Below are positions 11,895 through 25,014 of a DNA stretch of 64,000 nt, in pieces. Numbering within the stretch: position 1 is the stretch's first letter; each line of letters begins with the position of its first letter. The notes below the pieces were generated by a model, which did no database searches, was not told where the DNA came from, and saw nothing but the letters and a program-made list of their open reading frames with translations. Source of the DNA: Chiloscyllium plagiosum (taxonomy: Eukaryota); contig NC_057751.1 in assembly GCF_004010195.1 (NCBI RefSeq), forward strand, positions 6,250,598 through 6,314,597, read 5' to 3'. A program made the position numbers and the translations under genes.

Positions 11895-13900
11895 TTGAAA
11901 TGGTACAGAAAGGGAAGGTGGTGCCCTGTTTCTCCAACAAGGATCTGGCATGTTTCAAAAATATGGAGTGATCTTTTCTGCAGACTGCCAAACAAGACCA
12001 AACGACTAGATGCAGGCTCTAGTGATTGCTACAAGGGCAGCCAGGTGGACCTCATAGAATATAAATTCCTCAATAGGGGCTGTTAATCTGATCCGGTCCC
12101 TGGCTGACAGATAGAAACAGGAATAGGCAAAAACAATGACTGCAGATGCTGGAAACCAGATTCTGGATTAGTGATGCTGGAAGAGCACAGCAGTTCAGGC
12201 AGCATCCGAGGAGTAGGAAAATCGATGTTTTGGGCAAAAGCCCTTCATCAGGAATAAAGGTGGAGAGATAAGTGAGAGGAGGGTGGGGAGAAAGTAGCTT
12301 AGAGGAGGCCCAGGACCTCCATGTCCTCGGCAGAGTGGGAGGGGGAGTTGAAATGGTGGGCCACGGGGTGGTGTGGTTGATTGGTGCGGGTGTCCTGGAG
12401 ATGTTCCCTAAAGTGCTCTGCTCGGAGGCATCCAGTCTCCCCAATGTAGAGGAGACCGCATCGGGAGCAATGGATACAATAAATGATATTGGTGGATGTG
12501 CAGGTAAAACTTTGATGGATGTGGAAGGCTCCTTTAGGGCCTTGGATGGAGGTGAGGGAGGAGGTGTGGGCGCAGGTTTTGCAATTCCTGCGGTGGCAGG
12601 GGGATGTGCCAGGGTGGGATGGTGGGGGGCGTGGACCCGACCAGGTAGTCACGGAGGGCACCAGGCAGAAGATGATCCCATGGTTTTGGCCATTAGTGAA
12701 TTAATCAAAATGCACAGACAGATTCAACAAGAAGCAGGTTTATCAAATTTACCTTCAGTAAATTGGACTGAAGGATCGAGGAGTCTTCCAACGTGATCAG
12801 TTCCATGCTGGCTCAAGTATGCATGTGTCAAGCTGCCTATGTGGAGAGTTGGTAACTCGCTTGGAGGCCAAGGTCTGGTACACTTGGTGTTGGATATGTG
12901 TACAAAATTGCACTTCATTGCTGTAGCCATTGGTGCTCAGCATCAATGGAAAGATGAGAGGAGCCTCAACCTCACTCCTGGTGCCCTTTCCTCTCAGAGA
13001 GATAGACTGCTGTTCATCAAGATACAGATAGAGGACTAGCCACACACAAACTCTCCAAAAGCTTCCCCTCAAGACACCCCAGAGCTGGCCAAATCCTTTG
13101 CCTCCCACTGCCTGTGATACCAAAGCCTGCAGAAGTGCAAGCTGAGCCTGTATCTGGCAGGACTTTCTCTGCAGGCCTGGTGTCTCGAAATCTAGACACC
13201 CTTGAGTACGACCAGACAAGTCTTGGAGGTCAATGACAGAGCAGATTCTTTCCCCCTGCCCTCCACCCTGGACTGCACTTAGATGTAGAATGAGAACAGG
13301 AGGGACACTTGACTGTAAATAATCCTGTAGTTTCAGAAAGATAATACTCACTGATAGTCTTGAAATATGAGTTGTTATCTTTTTGTAACTGTTCAGCCTG
13401 GTTATGTTGGACTTGTTTAATATATGCGCATCCTCCTTTGACATCCCAAGGATGAAAGAAGTTGTCATGGACAAACATTGTTCATTCCTTGCAAGCAGTT
13501 GAGTCCTTGAGTGCTGACAGCATCTGACATGATGGATCCTTAAACCATCATGTTAACGACTGCAGCCAAGACGTTGCACTCCAGTGTGGAAAATGCTGAG
13601 GCTATGTGCATGTGCAGGGATTGTGGAAGAGGCTTCTGTGCACAGCAGAGCCATACTTAAACACTGTGAGGGGACAGAAGGAATTAGTGATAGTTCCACA
13701 CATTTGTGCAGATCATGTTACATTCTGTCTTTCAGCTTTACGAAGGAGAGCATTGCCATTCAAGGCTAGAAGGTGCACAATGGAAGTTTTGCATCTCCAC
13801 TCTCCCTTACAGCCCTGAGGTCTACCAAGATAAGCTGCACAAAGCACAACTTCTCTTGGGTTAAACACTGTCGTCAAGGGCGGTCGCGCATTGCATTGCA
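11895..13900. mobile_element. Highly decayed PIF/Harbinger element with convergent ORF remnants, interrupted by a Neptune PLE
   Basis: Plus-strand VPCFSNKDLA near 11920 resembles the Myb/SANT start APRFSD.DL. Minus-strand VHDNF...QAE...SKCS at 13230-13480 resembles transposase HDAF...AE.RYN...KCS. Boundaries uncertain. Confidence 0.4.
12129..12660 (-). mobile_element. Neptune-type PLE 3' fragment (Cys linker, GIY-YIG endonuclease, pLTR)
   Basis: GTSPCHRRNCKTC...FTCTSTNIIYCIHCSRCGLLYIGETG...FREH...PVAHHFN. The pLTR has a degraded hammerhead at about 12221-12254 (GAAACG changed to AAAACA). Confidence 0.9.
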
Positions 13901-14124
13901 ATTTCCAAAATCTATGTGAATTCTGAAACATTGAAGGCCAAATAATTATTGGAAGTGTGTAAAGGAGTGCCTTGACAATTGTGCACAACCTTTGTATCGT
14001 GAAGGATTACAATGCACAGCTTTCAAATTTCAAATGCCATGAAAGTTACCTAACCTCAGAGCTAGATAATGTTCCTGCCTTGTTCCTGATGCTGTTGCTG
14101 TCTCCCAAACTTCACAGTTTAGAT

Positions 14125-14460
14125 ATTGCGTAGGTGTTTCCATTAGTAGGGTAATCGTGAACGAGAGGATATTGTCACAGGAAAGAGGATATTTGGTTTG
14201 AAATGAAATGCAGGGAAATTTCTACTTCCAGAGGGTTATGAATGTCTGGAATTCTCTCCCCCAGAGATTTAGGGAAGCTAGACCACTTAAAACATTTCAA
14301 AAAGAAGTAATTATATTTTCTAAAGTGTTGGAGAATTGAGGACAGTGATGAGTTGGCAAGGAAGAGGAGTTGATGTATATGACAGATGAGCCATGATTTT
14401 ACACAATGTCAGGCCTGAGGGGCAAAATGGCCTGTTCCTACTCCTGTTTCTTATGTTCTT
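14125..14460 (+). mobile_element. Old CR1 3' fragment
   Basis: ccagagggttatgaatgtctggaattctctcccccagag (QRVMNVWNSLPQ) and 3' end ggcctgttcctactcctgtttcttatgttctt. Confidence 0.7.
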
Positions 14461-14709
14461 AAGTCATTAACACATATATGTTTGAAGAAGTTATTGTGGC
14501 AGAGAAAGAGAAATGATTTACTGTGGAGGATGAGTCCAGGAAAAGGGGGCATGAGCTTCAAGTCAGAGTTATGGTGTTCAGGGATGATGTTAGGAAGCAC
14601 TTCTGCAAGGATAGACCAGTGGTGAGTCTTAGCAAGAAAAAACACATGTTTTAGGCACGAGAGGCTGTTTATTGCATGATAGCAATTAGGTAGCTATTAC
14701 ATTGACTAC

Positions 14710-15757
14710 AGAACTGGCTCAAAGGTAGAAGATAGAGGGTGATGGTACAGATTTATTTTTAAGACTGGGGGCTTGTGACCAGTGGATTGCCACAAGGATC
14801 GGTGCTGGGTACACTGCTTTGGATGTGAGCAGAAGAGGTACAGTTAGCAAGTTTGCAGATGACACCAAAATTGGGGGTATAGTGGACAGCGAAGAAGGTT
14901 ACCTCATATTTCAATGGGATCTTGATCAGATGGGCCAATGGGCTGGGAAGTAGAGATGGAGTTTAATTGAGATAAATGTGAGTGCTGCATTTTGGGAAAG
15001 CAAATCTTAGCAGGACTTATACACTTAATGGTAAGATCCTAGGGAGTATTGCTGAACAAAGAGACCTTGGAGTGCAGGTTCATAGCTCCTTGAAAGTGGA
15101 GTCGCAGGTAGATAGGATAGTGAAGAAGGCGTTTGGTATGCTTTCCTTTATTGATCAGCGTATTCAGTACAGGAGTTGGGAGGTCATGTTATGGCTGTAC
15201 AGGAGATTGGTTCAGCCACTTTTGGAATATTGCGTGCAATTCCGGTCTCCTTCCTGTTGGAAGGATGTTGTGAAATGTGAAAGGGTTCAGAAAAGATTTA
15301 CAAGGATGTTGCCTGGGTTGGAGGATTTGAGCTGTAGGGAAAGGTTGAATAGGGCTGTTTTCCTTGGAGCGTCAGAGGCCGAGGAGTGATCTCATAGAGG
15401 TTCGTAAAATCATGAGGGGCATGGATAGGATAAATTGACAAAGTCTCTTCCCTGGGGCGGGGGAGTCCAGAACAAGAAGGCATAGGTTTAGGGTGAGAGG
15501 GGAAAGATATGAAAGAGACCTAAGGGGCAACTTTTTCACGCAGAGAATGGTACATGAATGGAATGAGCTGCCAGAAGAATTGGTGGAGGCTCGTACAATT
15601 GCAACATTTAAAACACATCTGGATGGGTGTATGAATAGGAAGTGTTTTGCGGGATATCAGCCAGATGCTGGCAGGTGGGACCAGATTAGGTTGGGATATC
15701 TGGTCGGCATGGATGAGATGGACCGAAGGGTCTGTTTCCGTACTGTACATCTCTATG
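14710..15757 (+). mobile_element. CR1 LINE, RT to 3' UTR, frameshifted
   Basis: VTSGLPQGSVLG, SKFADDTKIGG, VLHFGKAN, QRDLGVQVHSSLK, LEYCVQF, RGNFFTQRMV. Confidence 0.92.
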
Positions 15758-16426
15758 TTAATAACAGGAACCAAAGATGACATGTTTGACTGCATGAGGA
15801 CCACATATTAGACTGCTTGAGTCTTAATCCAGAGACTGTGTGACGTCATCAGATTGCTGAGAGCTTAGTGTAACTTCAGCATCCAGTCTTTCAGAATCAT
15901 TACCTTATGCAACAAGCGCATAATTTAAATTGACGTGTGATGATGTACAATTTTAAAATCATACTTTGCTGGTTAAGTGTAACAGATGTGGTGTAATGCA
16001 TCCATTCTAACCTGGCAAGGCATTAAGTTAAGTCTCTGTTTGCAGTATTTCTGTCTGTTGGGGACAATGTTGCAAACATTTCGGTTGATGTCAGAGCTTA
16101 TGGGTGTAAGAGAGAATAAACTAGTCAGGATACTCTCCTATGATTATTCCTGCTGTTTTGGTGCATTTTATGGGTTTAGGTGCATTGGTCAAATATTACA
16201 GTTGCAATGATCTATGAAACGGATGATGTTATCTTCAGAAAAGGACTGAAAAAAAGGAAAAATTTAGTTCCACATATTTTCAGGATATTTTCAAGCTTTA
16301 ATGTACATCAGATTGAAGCAACATGCCATTCTCCTTGCAAATCTACTTCTACCTAAGAGGTTGATGATCATACACATGCTGCAGATAAACTCTTTGCCCA
16401 GCATGTTCACTATGAAGCTTTGACAT

Positions 16427-17031
16427 TGTGATGATGCTGTCTCTTTATGTTGTCCTCAGTTTCTTTCAAGAGGCGTTGTAAAATCAGGGGTACTGAAATG
16501 GCTAACAGACACTGCCAAAGTTAACAATCAGAGGAGGCCTTTAAAACAGTTGTCCAATGAAAAGTGAGTGGTCAGTTCTCCCAGTTCAGGTTTTTTTCTC
16601 ATTGGTTTAGTTTTTTAACAGGGAGCCAGAAACTGCTGGTAGCAGAGAAAATGTTACAGTGAAAAGAGGTCCCATGCTTCAACAGAGGCCTTACCTGATT
16701 TTTCTCTCTGAAATCTTTCCTGCCTGTAAGAACCTTTGTTTGAATTTAACTTTTGCCAAGGGGTGTGTTTTTTGGGATGTTGTGAGAATTGGAACAGCTC
16801 CTTCGTTCAGTTGCAATAGAGTCGGTTGGGTTATCAAATAAGTTATGTTATTCTAAATTCTGTTTTCTTTTGTTTGTGTTTCATCTGTAGTGTTTACATA
16901 AATTCGAGTGGTTTGACAAGCTGTATCACTCCTGGAAAATTCACTATATATTTCCTTAAAGAAAAATAAAAAGTTCGGGTCTGGCCCACCTTCTGAAAAC
17001 ATTTTGAAGGAATCTGGCCTGGTCCATAACA
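16427..17031 (+). mobile_element. Solo LTR, family A
   Basis: tgtgatgatgctgtc...tggcctggtccataaca, with internal cagttctcccagttcagg and ttttgccaaggggtgtg shared with the other copies. Confidence 0.8.
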
Positions 17032-17196
17032 GAGTGCAATGAAAACCATAATAAGACACTTGAGAGTGTATCAGTTTTGGATCCATTGTCTGACCATCAA
17101 GTTGGCATTCTTCAACCGTAATCAGTATTGTGTGTAACAAGGCAAAATCTATCTTTATTACTCAGGTGAATATCCCAAGGAATTCATGACTTTGAG

Positions 17197-19055
17197 CCAT
17201 TGTGTTTTTGCTGTAGAGAAAGAAATGGAGGCGAGAGAACTTAGGGAAATAAATATTGAAGTTTTGTTAACAGTTCACATTACAGAAGAGGAAGTATTGG
17301 AGGTCTTAGAAAATGTAAAGAGGGATAAATCTTCTGGACCTGATCCAGTGTATGCCAGGACTTTGTGGCAAGTTAGGGCGAAAATTGCAGGGCCCCTTGC
17401 AGAAATATTTGTGTTAGGTGAGGTGCCAAACGGCTAATGTTATGCCTTTGTTTAAGAAGGGATGTAGGGAAAAGCCTGGGAACTATAGAGCTGGAAGTCT
17501 GACTTCAGTGATGGGTAAGTTGTTGCAAGTGATTCTGAAAGATAGGATTTACTTGCATTTGGAGAGTCAAGGAATGAATAGGGATAGTTGGCATGTTTTG
17601 TGTGAGGGAAATCCTGTCTCACAAACCTAATCAAGACTTTGAATAAGCCACCAAGAAGATTGAAGAGGACAGAGTGGTAGATATTGATTACTTGGAATTT
17701 AGTAAAGCCTTTGACAAGGTTCCGTATGGTAGACTGATTAGTAAAGTTAGATCACATGGGATTCAAGGTGAACTTGCCTCATGGCCAGGAGACCGAGAGC
17801 AATGGTGGAGGGTTGTTTTTCAGACTGGAGGCGTGTGACAAGTGGTATTCCACAAGAATCCATGCTGGGTCCACTTTTGATTGTCATTTCTATGAATGAA
17901 TTAGGTGACAATGTAGAAGGCATGGTCACTAAGTTTGCAGATGAAGCCAGGATTGGTGGTATAGTGGGCATTGAAAAAGGTTATCAAAGATTACAAAAAG
18001 ACCTTGAACAATTGGATCAGTGGGCTGAAGAGTGGCAGATGGTGTTTAATTTGTATAAATGCGAGGTGTCACATTTTTGTAAAAGAAACAAAGGGCAAGA
18101 CTCATACAATTAAAAGTAAGGCCTTGGGTAGTGTTGGAAAAGCACAGCATGTCGGGCAGCAAAAAAGGAGCAGGACAGTCGATTTTTCGGGCATAAACCC
18201 ATTCCCAATGAAGGGCTTGTGCCTGAAATATCAATCTCCCTGTTCCTCGGATGCTGCCTGACCTGCTGTGCTTCTCCAATGCCACATTTTTTACTCTGAC
18301 TCTTCAACATCTGCAGTTCTCATTTTCTACTTGGGTACTGTTATAGAACAGAGATATCTTGTGATTCAGGTACACAATTCTTTGAAATTTATATCACATA
18401 TAGATGAGGTGGTTAAGAAGGCACATGCTTGCCTTCATTGCTTAGATCTTTGCGGATACCAGTTGGAACGTTATGTTGAGTACTTAAAGGATGTGGGTGA
18501 GGCCTCTTCTGAAGTGTCTAGTTCAGATCACCCTGTTGTAGGAAGGGTATTATTAAGCTGGAGAGGATTCAGAAGAGGTTTACCAGGATGTTTCTGGGAA
18601 TGCAAGATTTGAATGATAAGGAGAGGCTGGATAGGCTAGGTTATTCTTGACTGGAGCATGGGAGGTAGAGAGGTGACCTTACCGAGGTTTATAAAATCAT
18701 GAGGGGTATGGAGAGGGTTAAAGGTAGGTGTCTTTTCTCTAAGATGGGGAATTTCAACACCTGGGAGCATAATTTTTAAGTGAGAGGAGAAAGATTTTAA
18801 AACATTGTGAGGGGCAATTTTATTTACACAGAGACTGATTTGTGTGTAGAATGAAGTTCCAGAGGAAGTGGTGCATGTGAGTACAGTTACAATGTTTAAA
18901 AGACATTTAAATAAGTATGTGAATAAGAAATATCTGGAGGGATATGAGCCAAGCATTGGCAGGTGGAACTAGTTTGTTTTGGGATAATGATTGGAATGGA
19001 TTGACTGGACCAAAAGGTTTGTTTCCATGCTACATGATTCCTGACTCTATGACTG
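17197..19055 (+). mobile_element. CR1 LINE ORF2 (RT) to 3' UTR, interrupted by a fold-back PLE
   Basis: DKSSGPD, PLFKKGCREKPGNYR, FSKAFDKVP, VTSGIPQESMLGP, KFADE, plus the 3' UTR. Many stops and frameshifts. Confidence 0.92.
18136..18329. mobile_element. Older fold-back mini-PLE inside CR1, 13-bp TSD
   Basis: TSD cttgggtagtgtt / cttgggtactgtt (18123-18135 and 18330-18342). Minus arm 18136-18200, plus arm with tail 18201-18329, starting with a decayed hammerhead attcccaatgaagggcttgtgcctgaaatatcaat. Confidence 0.85.
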
Positions 19056-19849
19056 TATAATGTAGAAAAATGAATAACACCATTTACAAACATTCCTGAC
19101 TTTTGGAAGATGTATCTTTTGCAACCATAACTAATTGCCTTGTTACAAGAGGCTTTAGTCCAAAAAAAGTTTTGTTCTTGCATTGACAGCCACAAGTAAT
19201 GTAAAACCAATTAAATGACAGTATGATTTGGCTAAATATTATCTTTGCCTGATATTATTGCATTGTGTGAGGATTGATACAGAATGGAGCTGATCCACAG
19301 ATCTCATCTTTGTCTCTTTGTGTGTGTACATTAATGTGCAGTCTTCATCCGACCGGATTGAAGTCAGGGTTGAGAATAAAGTGGAAACACACTGATGTAA
19401 GAGACTCAATTTTTTTAAACCATGATTTGAAGACCTGTTCAGAGCACCATTATCTCGTGTACAGAGATCCAAGAAGATGCGTGCCACAACTGCAGCCTAC
19501 AGCTATTAAAAAGCCATGTAATTCCAGACATTTCGGCATTCTCACCCGACAATGGAAGTGTGCTTGCTCCTCTTTTCGTAGATCATATCCGACCCCTTCA
19601 TCACTTGCAGAAATTCCTCAGTCCTTCAAACTTCCAGCATCTGTAATATTTCACCATGAATGCTATTGAAATGCTTTTGTTTTTTTTCTGTCCTTTCTGC
19701 TTTTTGAAATAATTATTTAAGAAGAGAGTGTAACTCAAGTGATTAGGGGTATTACTGGTTTGTTTGGCTTTCTTTCTTGCCACATGATGATGTGATCTGT
19801 ATTGAATGAACCTTGTTCAATCGTTTCAGCTGCTCATGTGTGCACTCTA

Positions 19850-20804
19850 TCTCCTCCTCCATCTAATGGGCAATTCGTTCGCTATTCCTTAATGATTGTA
19901 TCAGTGATCAAATAAAAATGTAAAAGTTCAATGGAAACAGTTAAAAAATATCAAAAGATTTCCAAAATTGATTCTGTTTTCTGCACCTCATGGGTTCTGA
20001 TATTACATCTTCCAACCTGCAATTGTCTGTGTGAGTTATGGGAGGGTACCTGTCAGAACTACTCCTTCTCTGATCTTGAATACTTTACATTCATCAAAAT
20101 GTGGGAATACTGTTTCCGAATTCTTCCATGATCATCATTTCTCTTGCATTCTCAAACATTTTTCCAAGCTTTAGTGGTCTAAGCCATCAATCCTACGGCC
20201 TATCTTTTTCACTTGCAAATTCTACAAATGTTTGGTTCGGTTGTTTATTTGTTATCTGAAATTTTAACTTAAAAGCTTCAGAGACAAGCTCGTAAGATTG
20301 ATACAATCTTTTTGTAAGCTTCATAATCTGCATTTTTTTTAACAAACTGGTGTGCATAGTCATAACTGTATGTGCCAAAGCATTTAGTAATATTAAGGTC
20401 CGAACATCTTTTGGTGATTTCATCTGCTCAGTCACCTTCTCAAATGAGATGCAATACTTTTTGACTTCATGCTTAATATATTCAAGCATCAATTGCATAT
20501 TTTTAGTTAGATCAATTCCCTCATCGGAATGAGAATCATTGCCTGAGCTATGATCTCTTCCTTCTTTCTCCAGAGCACCCTAAGCTGCTGTATGGCCAAC
20601 TCGTGTTAATTAATTACCCGATCTGCTTGAAATTTATAAATTTCCATCTTTCTCTGTTTTTCTTCTAACTCAAGTCTTCTTTTTTTTCTCTCGAAGTCAA
20701 ATTTGTTTTTCATTTCTCACTGCATCTAATCCCAGCTACAAGATTCTAATTTCAGGTTTCATTTCTTCCTATTTTCAATGTTGTGTCAACACTTGAAGCG
20801 TTAT
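19850..20804 (-). pseudogene. Decayed Gypsy (Gmr1-like) gag, C-terminal part
   Basis: EVKKYCISFEKV...PKDVRTLIL...SYELVSEAFKLKFQ...KQPNQTFVEFASEK matches the gag pattern YF..FEK.A...WP...AYELVPEAYRQKFR..K...QTYVEFAREK. Lower boundary approximate. Confidence 0.75.
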
Positions 20805-23470
20805 TGATGAACTCAGGATGTGGATAGGTACATGAGACTGGTCAGAAACATGGTGAAGGGAGAGACATTCAGCTTAATGTGCCAGGGTACAGATGCTTTA
20901 GGTGGGACAGAGGTGGTGGAAGGAGGGGAGTGGGAGTTGCATTTTTGATTCAGGCAAGTATCACAGCAGTAGACAGACATCAAATAACTGAAGGATCATC
21001 CAGTGAGGCTTTGTGGGTGGTGCTAAGAAATAAGAAAGGGATGATGACATTATTGAAGTTATACATTAGGCCTCCATTAGTCAACTGGAATTAGAGGAAC
21101 AAAGATTGGGGAGACTTGCAGCAACAATAGCATTGTCATAGTAACTTTCCTAACATCGATTGGGACTGCCAGAGCATTAAGGGCTTAGATATGGTGCAAT
21201 TTGTTAAGTGCATTCAGGAAGGTTTCTTCAATCAATATATAGAGGATCCGATTCAGGAAGGGGAAAAAGCTTGACCTACTCTTGGGAAATAAGACAAGAC
21301 AGGTGACTGAAGTGACAGTGGAGGAGCAGTTTAAGATCAGTAACCGTAGTTCTATTAATTTTATAATAGTTATGGAGAGGGACAAAATTGGTCCACAGGA
21401 CCAAGTTCTGAATTGGGGCAAGGTAAATTTTGATGAAATTAGACAGGAGCTTGCAGTGGTTGACTGGAATAGAGGGAGGCCTTTGAAAATCAGATAGCAA
21501 GAGTTCAATGTCATTTTGTTCCTGTGAGGGTGAAGGACAGGATTGGCAGGGATAGGGGACATTGGATGACAAGGAATATTGAGGCTTTGACCAGAAAAAA
21601 GGAGTAGACATGGCTCAGGTACAGGCAGCTGGGATCAAGGGGAATCCCTGGAGGTATACAAGGGATACAGGAGTTTACTGAAGAAGGAAATCAGAAAGGT
21701 GAAAAGGGGGCATGAGAAAGCCCTGGCTGAGAAGATTAGGGAGAATCCAAAGAGGTTCTTTAAGTATACCAAAGGAAAAAGAATAACTGGAGAGACATTA
21801 GGACCCCTCAAGGACCAAAGTGGACATGTATGTGTCGAACAGTAGGAGATGGCCGAGGTCCTCAATGAATATTTCTCTACTGTGTTTACTGTGGAGAAAA
21901 ACATGAAGACTTGGGAACTTGGGGAATTTAGTGGTCATGTCTTGGGGACAGTCCGTTTCATAGTAGAGGAGGTGTTACATGTATGAGAATGTATCATATA
22001 TGTCCCCTGGTCCTGACCAGATATATCCAAGAACACTGCAAGAGGGTAGAGAATAAATTGCAGGGGCCCTGGCTGATATGTTTGCATCATTGTTAGCCAT
22101 GGTGAGGTCCTAGAAAATTGGAAGCAGTGAATGTTTTCCCCTTATTCAAGTAAGGCTGAAAAGAAAAGTCTGGGAACTATAGACCAGTAAGCCTAACATC
22201 TGTGGTAGGTAAATTACTTGAGAAGATTTTGAGAGATAGGATATACATGCATTTGCAAAGATAGGGTTTGATTAGAAGTAGTCAGCATTGCTTTGTTAGA
22301 CCAGGCCTCAAACATTTGTTCGAGATCTTTGATGAAGTGACCCGGAAGGTTGACGAGGGCAGAGCAGTAGGCGTAGTCTATATGGATTTCACTCAGGCCT
22401 TTGATACGATTCCACATAACAGGCTGCTCTGGAAGGTTAGATCACATAGAATCCAGGGGGAGCCAGCAAATTGGATGCACAATTGGATTGATGGTAGGAA
22501 GCAGAGGGTCAAAGTGGAAGGATGCTTGTCGGACTGGAGGCCTGTGACAAGTCGAGTGCCTCACAGGTCAGTGTTGGACACATTACTATTTGTTATCTAT
22601 ATCAATAATTTGGAAGAGAATGTACAAGGCATGATTAGTAAATTTGCAGATGATACTGAAATAGGCAGTATTATGGACAGTGAGGAAAGTTATCAGAAAT
22701 TGCAACAGGACTTTCATCAGCTGGAGATGTGGGCTGAGAAAAGGCAACTGGAGTCTAATAGAGATAAATGTGAGGTCTTGCATTTTTGGAAGTCGAATCA
22801 AGGTAGACGTTTCATGGTGAATGGTAGAGCCTTAAGGAATGTAGGGGAACAAAGGGATCTTGGAATTCAGGTTCACAGTTCTCTGAAAGTGGAGTCACAG
22901 ATGTACAGGGCAGTGAAGAAGGCTTTTAGCACACTGGCCTTCATCAGGGCATTGAGTATAGAACTTGGGAAGTTATGTTGCAGTTGTACAGGATGTTGGT
23001 GAGGCCACACTTGGAATATTGTGTTCAGTATTAGTCACCTTGCGAGAGGAAGGATGTTATTAAACTGCAAAGACTGCAGAAGAAATTTCCAAGGATATTG
23101 CTAGGACTCAACAGTTGAGTCATAGGGAGAAGTACCTTTTGCTTTAGAGTGTAGGAGACTGAGGGGGCATCTTATAGAGGTGTGTAGGGCTAAGGACATC
23201 AGTTTAAGGTTAGAGGGGAAAGAATAAAAGAAACCCGAGGGGCAAATGTTTTACACAGAGGGTGGTGTGCACATGGAGTGAGCTGCCAGTGGAAGTGGTT
23301 TAGATGGCTACATTAACAACACTTAAAAGGCATTTGGACAAGTGTATGGATGTGAAAGGTTTAAAAGGATATGGGCAGGGAAATGGGGTTAGCATGGATG
23401 GATGTTTTGGTCGCATGGACCAGTTTGGGCCAAAGGGTAATGTCTCTGTGTTGTAGCACTCTATGACTCT
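20805..23470 (+). mobile_element. Long 5'-truncated CR1 LINE (APE endonuclease, RT, 3' UTR), inactive
   Basis: PGYRCFRWDRGGGRRGVGVAFLI (APE); VVYMDFTQAFD, LLFVIYINNL and ISKFADDT (RT, ORF 22268-23002); ctatgactct tail. Confidence 0.95.
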
Positions 23471-23613
23471 ATCTCATCCTTACATGATCCTGCTCGTAAC
23501 TGTACCTTCAATTTGTTTGCTGAGTTTCTCAGGTTAGCTTTCATCCAAGATTTTAAATCACCTACCGTTATATCTTCCACTTCCAGAAAACTCTTAGCAA
23601 CGTTCAAAACCAT
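23471..23613 (-). pseudogene. Gypsy gag N-terminus, separated from the rest by the CR1
   Basis: ATG at 23613-23611 gives MVLNVAKSFLEVEDITVGDLKSWMKANLRNSANKLKVQLRAGSCKDEI. It rejoins in frame with TLQVLTQH left of 20805 when the CR1 is removed. Confidence 0.6.
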
Positions 23614-23735
23614 CTTTTAAGTTCCTGAACAATAAACTTAATAACATGTCTACTTTATGCCCAGAAGCACTTTACAGCCATTACTTTAACAAGAAAGATA
23701 CAGATCCTTCTTAAATCCAATGAAGAAAAAAAATT

Positions 23736-25008
23736 TGTTGTGTGATCCTAGCTGATATTATTACTGATCAAATCAGATCCCAGACTGAGATCTGGCTTAA
23801 TGGTTCCTTTTGATTGGTTTTAACAATATGATTTCTTACTGAAAAATAAGCATACAATGTTGCAGATTTTGATAAACAGAATAGATCAAATTAAGTACAT
23901 CATGCACCTTTAACAATTTTAAACACACAACAGAAATATCATCCCATTAATCCAAAAATTAATTCATATCCATATAGACCATATAGACAAATTAATTCGC
24001 AGATCCCAAAGTTACCCCTGTACAGTATCCAAAGCTAGAGAAAAGTCTCTTTCTGTAATACCTTGATAGATTTCACTGTGAATTCAACTGTCAGTTTAGA
24101 AAATCTGATAGCCTTTTCCTGGAGCTTTCATATCCCAGAAGATAAATGTTCTGAACTTCAAATAACCTCTTCAGGGTTTTATCCAGATACTTATTGTCTC
24201 GGACTATCGCTAAAGACATGTTGTGGACCAAGTCAAACTCTCTCAACACATTTCAAGAAGGTAACCCAGACTCTAACTTTTCTAGTTGTATTAAGCAGGT
24301 GTAAGGTGGATATTCTAAGAGCGATGCAGCTGGTCAAGTGATTCAGTTTTAAACATAACAGAATTTATTTACACACTGCTGAATAAAACACGAGCAAAAA
24401 AGAAAACAGAGTTTAAAATAACAATGATTTGAAAACCCGATTGACACAATATCCCCTGCAACGTAACAAAGACCTGTTCTGATTTCACGCAACATCCCAT
24501 AAACACACCCCTTGGCAAAAAGGTAAATTCAAACCCAGGTTCTTACAGGAGAGAGAGAGTTTGCAGAGAGGATCAGCTTGGGATCACTAGCTGAAACATG
24601 GAATCGCTTTTGTCCCGGCAGCTTCTCAGGGTCCCCAGCAAAAACTAAACCAAACTAGAATAGTCCCTGAACAGGGAGAACTGACCAGTCCCCTTTCATT
24701 GTAATAGTGTTTTTTTTTAAAATCCAAAAAGCTTTTGCCCCGATTGTTGCCTTGGGCAGGTTCTGTTAGCCAAAATCAAAGTGGTCCATTCCCAGACAAA
24801 TTGGTACCTCTACCTTTTACAACCCCCTTTGAAATAAACAAAGGACAACATAACCCTGTTAAAGGAGAAGCATTGTCACACACGGTACTTTTGTTTTACT
24901 ATTTTCAACTCTGCTCAGGAGCACTGTTTTACGCATTCATCTTCATCCAAACGATATAAAAACAGGTGGAAGGGCAGTTTCCAAAAGGACTACAAACAGT
25001 TTATCACA
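23736..25008 (-). mobile_element. Putative LTR, family B (likely 5' LTR of the gag-bearing element), with a nested family-A LTR
   Basis: On the minus strand it starts tgtgat and ends caaca, and it lies just upstream of the gag ATG. Inferred from position; no second copy to confirm. Confidence 0.35.
24219..24880 (-). mobile_element. Solo LTR, family A
   Basis: tgttgtggaccaagtc...ggagaagcattgtcaca, colinear with 771-1672 and 45712-46342. Confidence 0.82.
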
Positions 25009-25014
25009 CGATAT

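Noticed and set aside
12797..13474. 225-aa ORF as a host gene
   Set aside because: No recognisable domain. It overlaps decayed Harbinger-like sequence, with motif remnants in other frames.
22268..23002. 244-aa RT ORF as an active gene
   Set aside because: It is a fragment of a CR1 ORF2 with many stops and frameshifts and degraded motifs (PHRSVLD in place of PQGSVLG).
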